Source of the DNA: Octopus sinensis
Lineage: Eukaryota
NCBI RefSeq assembly: GCF_006345805.1
Contig: NC_042998.1
Coordinates: 165,974,001-166,038,000 of the forward strand
DNA: 64,000 bases
Direction: 5' to 3'
In this document: positions 39,875 through 48,287 of the stretch, piece after piece
How positions within the stretch are numbered: position 1 is the stretch's first letter
Layout of the letters: each line of letters begins with the position of its first letter
Notes under the pieces: generated by a model
Databases searched by the model: none
Told to the model about the DNA's origin: nothing
What the model saw: only the letters and a program-made list of their open reading frames with translations
Program-made: the position numbers and the translations under genes

Positions 39875-40099
39875 CCACATCACTACTATACATTACTAAC
39901 AAGCACACCACAACAATGGCGATAAGGCTATCCACTGTGACAATGGCGCCTCAGACGTTCACAATATATTGTTATTGACCACCTCGATACAAGCGACAAA
40001 ACAGCTTCCACAACGACCCTTTTTCAGGCTAAAAGATGGTGTTAAAAAGGAGACAGATAAAGCCTGCTCGGTCCGAGCAGAAACGATCTTCCTGACAGT

Positions 40100-40740
40100 T
40101 TACCACAATTTCCTTGGTGGGACAACATAAACACAACCAAGTGTTTCATCTTTGAAAACGTTCAAATGACCTTCAACTTCTTTTCCTAGCTTTCTTCTTG
40201 CCACTCTTTTTTTGTTGCAACTGTTCCAAGTGAAATACATGGGTACTTCAACATAAAGTAATGTTTTTGCAAAGTCATCACTGATGTACAATGAAAAGAA
40301 TTCTGTAAATGTTGTTCTCATTTGTCGTTCATTGACAACCATATATATCCTCATTTTTTCTGAGCAATATTCTTTGTTCATCTGGTAGATGACTTGCAGC
40401 CTCACTATTGCATGGACTCTTTCATGAATTGAAAATCCTAAAATGGCCGGAACTGCATCGGATGGTTCAATATACCTACCCATTAGATATCGACTAATTT
40501 TGTTATCATTGTTTATTTGAACAGCAGCTTGGTCATTTCTTTTCAGCATGTACTTGATGACGTACTTAATTGACCTAATTGAGGCAATGATTTCAACATT
40601 TCAGTGGCATTTGAATGCTCTTAAGAGTTTCATTATAAGGTACAACCCATTTGTTGTTGCTTGTTTTTCCATTCTTATGAGATTCGACTCCTCCAATCGC
40701 AACTGATCTTCGTCTACAAAGAAATAGTTTCTCTGTTTTT
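40100..40740 (-). pseudogene. Degenerate Helitron Rep/helicase fragment
   Basis: ORF 40100..40549: GRYIEPSDAVPAILGFSIHER...TTFTEFF...FAKTLLYVEVPMYFTWN...LGCVYVV resembles Helitron RepHel. It is frameshifted. Confidence 0.8.
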
Positions 40741-40854
40741 CTGCCTTTTGATTAAAATGATAAAGGCTAATATTTTATTTTAAATAAAATAGTAATTTTC
40801 CCCTTTAAGAAAAACAAATCAAGTACTCGTGATACAAAAAAGTTGTATAAACGA

Positions 40855-41141
40855 CTAGCAGTATCGCCCGGCGTTGCTCGGGTTTAAATAAGGGAAATAA
40901 CTATACTTCCCTTATATAAACCGAGCAAAAAATGCATTAAAAAACGAAAAAATTATGGTAAATTTTTTTTTAAATCGTAGACTCATCGTAGACGCGCGCT
41001 AATACCCAGAAGGGCCTCGATATGAATCACGACTATAAGATACCCGCTTTTGGTTAAACCGCACCGCAAAATGTGGGAGTAGTTAGGAATCTAAAACAGA
41101 GGAGACAGACTCTCACACAACTTCAGTTTTATATATAAAGA
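40855..41141 (-). mobile_element. Non-autonomous Helitron-like element
   Basis: Minus strand A|TCTTTATATATAAAACTG ... CCCGAGCAACGCCGGG hairpin ... CTAG|T. Confidence 0.8.
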
Positions 41142-42545
41142 TTAAGGAAAGAAAAACAAAAATAAGAAAAAGGATGGGCGGCGTTATCTGCGACAACTCT
41201 TTGATTGCTGCCGCAAACCGACATTTTCAACTTCATTTGTTTTGTTTTACTTAAAGGGGGAAATGATTATTTTATTTGTAATCTTTATCATATTAATTAA
41301 AGGGCAGGAAAACAGACAGCCAAACTTTGAGATTTAGTATAATATATGGTGGGGTGCTTTATTTGCGCATAAGTTTGTGTGTATGAATAATTTACAAATA
41401 TATCTTCACCTCTGACGTTATATCACCTTACCGCTGCTCTTACACTGCCGCTCTTCTCTCCCCCCAACAAAACTTTAACTATCGTGCCTGTATATCTATT
41501 TGACGTTGTTTCCTTTTTCCATCTTACTCTCAGCATTACTTTAACATGTCATTTTAGCTGTATCGTTTATTGTGGGTTTTTCAAGGATGTAAGGATGTAT
41601 ATATTTTCTTGTCCAACTTTGACTATTGTCTTCCTCACCCACATACCACACCTCTTTCTTAGTATTTCCTCTCTCACTTAATCCGCCAACTTCAATTTTC
41701 CCACTATTTCATAATTTTCATATCAAGAGCCATAATGCGAAACATTTTCTACTCAGTAAACTTTACTATTCTTCAAAGCCTGTTGACGGATTTTTGTCGG
41801 CGCAGACCATCATCAGTTTCTTCGGATTTAGATGTAATCCTATTTTATTCCATATTATTAAATCATGTTGAGGCATCGTAAAGATATGGGTAAATTGATG
41901 ATAGTTCTGTAAACGTTAGTAAATGTATAGTATTGTGTTGAGTCTTTAGCGTGTCGAGTGTGTAGGAAAAGATGAAGGCTGTTTACCATAATAAATAAAT
42001 TTTATTTAGAAAGGATGGGACAAACACAGCTTTTGCATGATATGAAATCGAATATCCACGTGCCTTGACCCTCTTTTGAATGACAAGTAAGAGCTAATTA
42101 GCTGTTAGACAAAATTGTAAAGGTAACAGAAAAGTTAATGTGGTTTAGTCAGAAAATATATTCCGTTCACGGCTTGGACTTATTGTGTGACAGGTGCCAG
42201 CGAAGTTGGTAACGCTACAGCAAATTTCCTTGTGGAAATAGAATTAGTTGCTGAACAAGTCATCATGTTAAAACAGGAGAAAATGGTGGTCTGCAATCTA
42301 TTAAGTAGAAGTCATTGTAGCAATGGTGATAAGAAGTCGGCTTAGGCAGACGTCGTTAGAACGACGGTAATCGCATGGGGTCTGTAGCCATAGGCAGAAG
42401 AGAGATTAGTACTCCTTGGTTGAGAAATGGCGAGAGAGGAAGAGAGCGCAAAACGCTGGAACATATATGTGTCTGCTGCCACGCCACCTGGTGGACTTTT
42501 CCATCAAAGGGACGTAATTCACCTGTCTTCGCTATGCTACAAGTC

Positions 42546-43410
42546 AAAAGTTTTGCAATATTTTGGTAACTGCTTTATTCGTCAAGTTACAACAAAAACA
42601 GTCTAGCATTCAAAGTAGAGTCCATCATGATGCACCGTCTGAAGCCATTTTTCTGTAAGTTCTTTGATCCTATGCTGATACCAGTTCTTGTCCTTCGAGG
42701 CGAAGAACTTTACTGAAGCATCCACTTCAAATGTCGGAGCACAGGAAGTGAGTCACGGATCGGAACAAGTAATAATCCGAGGGAGATATTTTTCTGCAAT
42801 CCTGACGTGCATAAACTAGTGGTTAAGTAAGAACCAGTGGTTAAGCAAGAACGTGCCACCAAACACGAGCGTTTCGAACACAAGGGATGCTCTGAGTCTG
42901 GTGGAACTATGAGGGGACAAGTCATTATGAGTTCGTTCCGGGCGGTCGAACCATCAATGCCAACCTGTACTCCGAGCAGCTGGAGCGGATGTATGCTCTT
43001 GTGAGGCAAAAATACCCGGTATTGATTAAGAGAAAACGAGCTTTTCTGCAGCAAGACAACGCAAGACCCCATACCGCTCGAAGGACCTGGAATAATCTTC
43101 AGAAACTTGAGGAAATTGAATTGATTCCACACTCGGCACATGGTCCGGAACATATCCTTCGCATTATTGCTTATTCCGACCCAGGGCTCACTTCTGCGTT
43201 TGTGTTGCTTCATAAACTAAGAGGAGGTGGAAGCTCCAGTGAAGGAGTTCTTCACCTCGAAAGTTAAGAACTGGTATCAGTGTGGGATCAAAGAAATAGC
43301 AGAAAGATGAATTCAGACGGGACAACATAATAGCTTCTAATTTGAATGCTGGACTGCTTTCGTTGTAACTTGACGAATAAAGTAAATAAGTTATCTAAAT
43401 ATTGCAATAA
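42546..43410. mobile_element. Two mariner 3' remnants in inverted orientation (- about 42546-42790, + about 42880-43410)
   Basis: Plus strand WWNYEG...FLQQDNARPHTA. Segment 42550-42690 is a diverged reverse complement of 43265-43408. Confidence 0.8.
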
Positions 43411-43587
43411 TTGAAAGGATTGTCAATTGAAAACGGTTGTAGTGAGACTATTCATCATTCACCCGAATGTCGCGGTTCGCTGGAATGTTGCTCCCATGAA
43501 AATTGACTTCAGTGCATTTCAATTTTGTCGCGCGTAAATACTTTTGTCTTCTCGCTATTTGTACGTTCTCCCTACAACATTACTAAT

Positions 43588-43863
43588 TGTGGTGTGGTGA
43601 TGAGGGAGTGTGACAGAGAGGGAGGGAGCGGAAGTGGGTCTTGCAGGTCTCGCAGGGCGCATGCGCCGGCGGAAGCGGAAGCGAGAGACAGAACGCACGT
43701 GCGGCATCGACCAGGGCGGTCAGACTCGAGAACGACGCCAAGACGACAAGACGCTAGCAAGTTGGCTCAAGGCGAATCCGGCTTCATCTCTGCAGGTAAG
43801 ACCAAATTACACTTCTAATTCTTTTCCTTGTTCTGTTACGCTCCTTTCACCACACTTATCACA
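43588..43863 (+). repeat. 5' LTR (276 bp)
   Basis: TGTGGTGTGG...CTTATCACA. By eye identical to the 3' LTR except for one fewer GCGGAA unit. Confidence 0.97.
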
Positions 43864-43875
43864 AGCTATTTCGGC
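43864..43875 (+). promoter_or_regulatory. Atypical primer-binding site AGCTATTTCGGC, complementary to nt 1-12 of tRNA-Phe(GAA)
   Basis: Abuts the 5' LTR. Its reverse complement GCCGAAATAGCT is the 5' end of metazoan cytosolic tRNA-Phe as I recall it for human and Drosophila. Confidence 0.75.
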
Positions 43876-43916
43876 AAAATAATCACTCGGTTTCGTAAAA
43901 ATAAAAAATAAAAATT

Positions 43917-44672
43917 ATGCAGACTGCTATGATTTCACGCGACCCTATAACACCGTTTTGCGGCGACACCGACGTGGTCGCTTGGTTGAGGAGGGTGAAG
44001 TTGGTGGCGAAGCTACACGGCATAGCTGACCTGGCTAGTTTTATGCCGTTGTATTTGGATGGCCCGGCGTTGGCGTTATATCTGGAGATGGAGGAGACGG
44101 ACCAACGCAGCGCGGACAAGGTGGAGATCCGACTTATGGAGGCCTTCGCGGAAGGAATGTTCGAAGCGTACACTCGACTGGGTAGGATGAGGTGGACAGG
44201 ACAGCAGGTGGACGTGTTCGCCGGCGAGCTTAGAAGGTTGGCAAAACTTGCGGGATATGAGGGAGAGTCGCTAGAACGCACGGTCAGGTTAGCGTTCGTG
44301 ACCGGCTTTCCCGACATCATGTCGGTCGAGCTACAGAAGCTCCCGAACGTGCGTTCGATGCCGATGGCCGAGATTATATCGCGGGCACGTGTACTGGTGT
44401 CGTGCAGCAGGTTGACGTCGGTAGCAGCGACAGCAACGTCGAAAAGTGGCCCAGCTAGGAGCAACGGAGAGGGGCTGGGGAAAGAACGCGTGCGATCGTT
44501 TAACGGACAGTGTTTCCGGTGCCAGGGCCCACACATGGTCCGTGACTGCGCGTCGCCCAAGCCCGAGGTGATTTGCTACCGGTGTCGAGAGCCGGGGCAT
44601 GTGGCCAGCGAGTGTCTGCGGGGAAACGGACCGCGGGAGACTACTGCGCCGGTAGTTGTCCCTTTGGATTAG
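43917..44672 (+). CDS. gag: Retrotransposon Gag (251 aa) with two zinc knuckles
   Basis: ORF track. Knuckles CFRCQGPHMVRDC (CX2CX3HX4C) and CYRCREPGHVASEC (CX2CX4HX4C). Confidence 0.93.
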   Translation: MQTAMISRDPITPFCGDTDVVAWLRRVKLVAKLHGIADLASFMPLYLDGPALALYLEMEETDQRSADKVEIRLMEAFAEGMFEAYTRLGRMRWTGQQVDVFAGELRRLAKLAGYEGESLERTVRLAFVTGFPDIMSVELQKLPNVRSMPMAEIISRARVLVSCSRLTSVAATATSKSGPARSNGEGLGKERVRSFNGQCFRCQGPHMVRDCASPKPEVICYRCREPGHVASECLRGNGPRETTAPVVVPLD

Positions 44673-44682
44673 TAGCGGCGCG
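44621..44682 (+). promoter_or_regulatory. -1 ribosomal frameshift signal: G GGA AAC plus downstream pseudoknot
   Basis: The heptamer is phased to gag codons, with a 7-nt spacer. Stem 44635-44644/44652-44662; loop TGCGCC pairs with GGCGCG at 44677-44682. Confidence 0.8.
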
Positions 44683-47533
44683 TTTCTCATCGTTACCTGT
44701 GGTCGACATTCTGGTGAAGGGGAAGATGTCGCGAGCCCTGGTGGACACGGGCTGTACGACGACCCTGATGACCACAGAAGTGGCAGAGACGTGGAGTGGA
44801 GGAAGCAGTGTCAGGGCAGTCGACGGAAGAGAAGTGCACTGCGAAGGGGTTACGGATGCGCAGATTGTGGTGCAGGGACTGCAGCTGACGTTGCGAGCGA
44901 TTGTGGTCGGTCACTTGGTGGACGAGATCGACGTGGTGATGGGGATGGATGCGATCACCCGTCTGGGAGGTGTTACCGTCAACGAGGCTGGCGTAACGTT
45001 TGGGCTAGCAGGGAAGCCGTGTAGGGCGAGACCACGCACCGACGACAACCGTGAGGAAATGGATGCGGCGCACACCATTGAAGACCAGGATTTTCGGGCT
45101 GTCTTTGATGGCGAGAGGTGGACAGTGGAGTGGCACTGGAAGGGAGAGCCCCCGATGTTAAAGAACAAAGTGGGCTGCTATCAGCATACTCTAAAAGGAG
45201 ATGCCAGAAGTGAGTTCGAGGGGGAGGTGGAGCGGTGGATTAAGGAGGGCATACTGATCCCCTGGGAAAAAGAAGAGAGCGGAGTCCTGCCACTGATGGC
45301 GGTGATACAGCCCACAAAGCGTAAGGTCAGGCCAGTGCTCGACTTCCGAGAGCTGAATGACCACGTGTCGTGTCATACAGGCGGCGAGGCCACGGATGTC
45401 TGCGGAGACACCTTGCGAGAGTGGAGGCAGACGGCGGGGGCCTCCACGATTGTCGATTTAAAGTCGGCATACCTTCAGGTTCATGTGGCTGAGAAACTAT
45501 GGAGGTACCAGCTCGTCAGGTATAGGGGCCGGACGTACTGTCTGACCAGGTTGGGATTCGGGCTGAATTCAGCTCCGAAGATTATGGCAACAATTCTCAA
45601 GGCCGTCCTGGGGAAGGTGGACAGAGTAAAAAGGGCCACCAATTCATACATCGACGACATTCTGGTGGATGAAACCGTGATACCAGCAACGGAGGTCATA
45701 GGCCACCTGAAGAGTTTGGGACTGATCGCCAAGCCGCCAGAGGCTATGGAGGGAGGTGCTGCACTGGGCCTCAAGCTATGGAGAGACAAAGCCGGCGCCT
45801 TGGTGTTCCGGCGAGGGAATGAGATCCCTGAACTGGGCGCCAGCATGAGTAGACGGGAGCTGTTCTCTGTGTGTGGGAAGCTGGTGGGACACTACCCGAT
45901 TGCAGGCTGGCTCCGGACAGCATGCAGCTTCATCAAGAGACGAGCCGAAGGAGTGAAGTGGAATGATAAAGTGGGGGAGAGGACGATCGACATGATGCAG
46001 GAAGTCCTGGTCAGAGTAAGAGCAGAGGACCCGGTGAGGGGCAGCTGGTACGTTCCCAAATCAAAGAGCGGGATCGTATGGTGTGACGCCAGTAGCATCG
46101 CAATTGGGGTTGTCTTGGAAGTGGGAGGTGTCACGGTGGAAGATGCAGCCTGGCTCAGGAAGATGGATGACTGCAGTCACATCAACGTGGCGGAGTTGGA
46201 AGCCGTGCTGAAGGGGGTGAACCTAGCCTTGAAGTGGGGGTTGCACACCATAGAAATCAGGACTGATTCAGCCACTGTACTTGGTTGGGCGACGGCAGTC
46301 ATCACCGATGAGCGGAGGGTGCGGACCAAAGGGGCTGCAGAGATGCTGGTAAAGCGTCGATTGGGGATACTGCGTGAACTGACCACTGAGTTCAATCTGA
46401 AGCTGAGCGTGATCTTTGTGCCTTCCGAGAAGAACAGGGCAGACGTCCTGACCAGGGTTAAGCGAGCCTGGTTGCAAGTGCCAGAGGATGCGAAGCAGGA
46501 TGTAGCTGCAGTATGCCATCTGAGCGACTCGGAGTTGCGGAGACTGCACACCATGCATCACATGGGTGTGGACAGGACGTTGTTCCTGGCCAGAAAAGTC
46601 GACTCCGACGTAACAAGACAGAGCGTGCGGAGAGTGGTTAGCAGTTGTGACAGGTGCCAGTCCATCGACCCTGCTTCGGTCGTGCATGAAGCGGGAAGTA
46701 TTCCAGTGGACCAGGACTGGAGACGACTGGCGGTGGACATAACACACTACCGGCAGGGGACATACCTCTCAATGGTTGACTGCGGACCGGGGCGGTTCGC
46801 CATATGGAGGGAGATGAGGTCAGGAACCGCAGAAGAAATTGCGAAAGTGCTGAACGAGATATTCCTGGAACGAGGCCCCGTGGATGAACTGCTTCTGGAC
46901 AACGGCACTGCATTTCGCTCGGAGGCGCTGAGAGAAATGCTTGATGAGTGGAAGGTCAACCGCTTCTTCAGGGCGGCATACCGGCCAAGTGGAAACGGGG
47001 TGGTGGAAAGGCATCATCGTACCATCAAGGCCATGGCAGAGAGGGGTCACATTTCACCAGTCGAGGCCGTGTTTTGGTACAACATGTCGCCCAGATCAGG
47101 ACAGGCCGAGGAGTCGGTCCCACACAGGGCAATATTCAGGTACGAGTGGAGGCATCCGTGTACTACATCAATGCGACCCGGGGCAGAGGAAGAGCACGCC
47201 TTCGTGCAGGTCGGGGAGGAAGTCTGGGTGAAACCCCCGAACGCACGGTGTACATCGCAATGGGGAAAGGGGACAATAACCTCCGTAAATTCAAAGAATA
47301 ACATCTCGGTAGATGGTATGCCACGCCACGTTTTGGACATACGGAGGATTGTCCATGCCCCGGAGGATGGGACAAGCAACAGTGGGCAAGACGATAACAA
47401 CAGACAGGATGGCGAGGTCGGCAGCAACACGCCAGAAACAAGTCCTAGGGTCGCACTGCGACCACAGAGGGAGCGGCACCCTCCTCCCTGGTTGGCTGAC
47501 TACGAAACCAGTTTCAGGTGCGGGAGCGAGTGA
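44621..47533 (+). CDS. pol: Retrotransposon Pol (protease, RT, RNase H, integrase), probably expressed by -1 frameshift from gag
   Basis: ORF 44573..47533 lies in the -1 frame. Motifs: ALVDTG (PR); LDFRELN, DLKSAY, FGLNSAP, YIDD (RT); CDAS, ELEA, TDS, NRAD (RH); H-H-C-C zinc finger plus AVD / LDNG / VVER (IN). Confidence 0.95.
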   Translation, partial: GKRTAGDYCAGSCPFGLVAARFSSLPVVDILVKGKMSRALVDTGCTTTLMTTEVAETWSGGSSVRAVDGREVHCEGVTDAQIVVQGLQLTLRAIVVGHLVDEIDVVMGMDAITRLGGVTVNEAGVTFGLAGKPCRARPRTDDNREEMDAAHTIEDQDFRAVFDGERWTVEWHWKGEPPMLKNKVGCYQHTLKGDARSEFEGEVERWIKEGILIPWEKEESGVLPLMAVIQPTKRKVRPVLDFRELNDHVSCHTGGEATDVCGDTLREWRQTAGASTIVDLKSAYLQVHVAEKLWRYQLVRYRGRTYCLTRLGFGLNSAPKIMATILKAVLGKVDRVKRATNSYIDDILVDETVIPATEVIGHLKSLGLIAKPPEAMEGGAALGLKLWRDKAGALVFRRGNEIPELGASMSRRELFSVCGKLVGHYPIAGWLRTACSFIKRRAEGVKWNDKVGERTIDMMQEVLVRVRAEDPVRGSWYVPKSKSGIVWCDASSIAIGVVLEVGGVTVEDAAWLRKMDDCSHINVAELEAVLKGVNLALKWGLHTIEIRTDSATVLGWATAVITDERRVRTKGAAEMLVKRRLGILRELTTEFNLKLSVIFVPSEKNRADVLTRVKRAWLQVPEDAKQDVAAVCHLSDSELRRLHTMHHMGVDRTLFLARKVDSDVTRQSVRRVVSSCDRCQSIDPASVVHEAGSIPVDQDWRRLAVDITHYRQGTYLSMVDCGPGRFAIWREMRSGTAEEIAKVLNEIFLERGPVDELLLDNGTAFRSEALREMLDEWKVNRFFRAAYRPSGNGVVERHHRTIKAMAERGHISPVEAVFWYNMSPRSGQAEESVPHRAIFRYEWRHPCTTSMRPGAEEEHAFVQVGEEVWVKPPNARCTSQWGKGTITSVNSKNNISVDGMPRHVLDIRRIVHAPEDGTSNSGQDDNNRQDGEVGSNTPETSPRVALRPQRERHPPPWLADYETSFRCGSE

Positions 47534-47560
47534 GGAAGCCGGTTCAGTGATCTATAGATC

Positions 47561-47569
47561 AGGGGGGCG
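47561..47569 (+). promoter_or_regulatory. Polypurine tract AGGGGGG(CG)
   Basis: Immediately 5' of the 3' LTR. Confidence 0.8.
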
Positions 47570-47851
47570 TGTGGTGTGGTGATGAGGGAGTGTGACAGAG
47601 AGGGAGGGAGCGGAAGTGGGTCTTGCAGGTCTCGCAGGGCGCATGCGCCGGCGGAAGCGGAAGCGGAAGCGAGAGACAGAACGCACGTGCGGCATCGACC
47701 AGGGCGGTCAGACTCGAGAACGACGCCAAGACGACAAGACGCTAGCAAGTTGGCTCAAGGCGAATCCGGCTTCATCTCTGCAGGTAAGACCAAATTACAC
47801 TTCTAATTCTTTTCCTTGTTCTGTTACGCTCCTTTCACCACACTTATCACA
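47570..47851 (+). repeat. 3' LTR (282 bp)
   Basis: Direct repeat of the 5' LTR with three GCGGAA units, followed by TSD CTAAT. Confidence 0.97.
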
Positions 47852-47894
47852 CTAATTTTAAATTTTCTTCACTCCATCTATTTAAATTCACCAT

Positions 47895-48247
47895 TTACAT
47901 TTCTCCCTTCATCGAAAACCGTTGTGTAATATCCCTTCACTTTTATTCTTTCAATTTTGTGTGTGTGTTTATGCGTTCAATGTGCACAAGATAGTAAAGG
48001 ACATTTCAAACCACGACAACGACGACGTCTCATATATAAGTGTGTATGTGTCTCTGAGTGTATGTGTGCTTCCGCAAGAGGTATGTTATTAAACATACAC
48101 ACAGACATCTACACATACATATACACATGTGACGACTGACATGCATGAATGTATGTCTATATATGTCTCTCTTACCATATGTATGTGTCTGTATGTGAGA
48201 GTGTATGTGTGCGTATTGTCACATTTTTTTATATGACTGTTTGTCTG

Positions 48248-48287
<40 letters not shown>

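Larger units (their letters stand above)
43588..47851 (+). mobile_element. Full-length, apparently intact LTR retrotransposon (Ty3/Gypsy domain order PR-RT-RH-IN), 4264 bp
   Basis: TG...CA LTRs at both ends, 5-bp TSD CTAAT (43583-43587 and 47852-47856), uninterrupted gag and pol, polypurine tract before the 3' LTR. Confidence 0.97.

Noticed and set aside
43588-43875. Tf1-type self-priming
   Set aside because: The complement of the PBS (GCCGAAATAGCT) is not present in the LTR.
43883-44560. 225-aa antisense ORF over gag (and other antisense ORFs across pol)
   Set aside because: Expected shadow ORFs in GC-rich coding DNA, with no recognisable motifs.
44573-44620. TTG start of the 986-aa pol ORF in the track
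   Set aside because: A phased slippery site with pseudoknot explains pol expression better.
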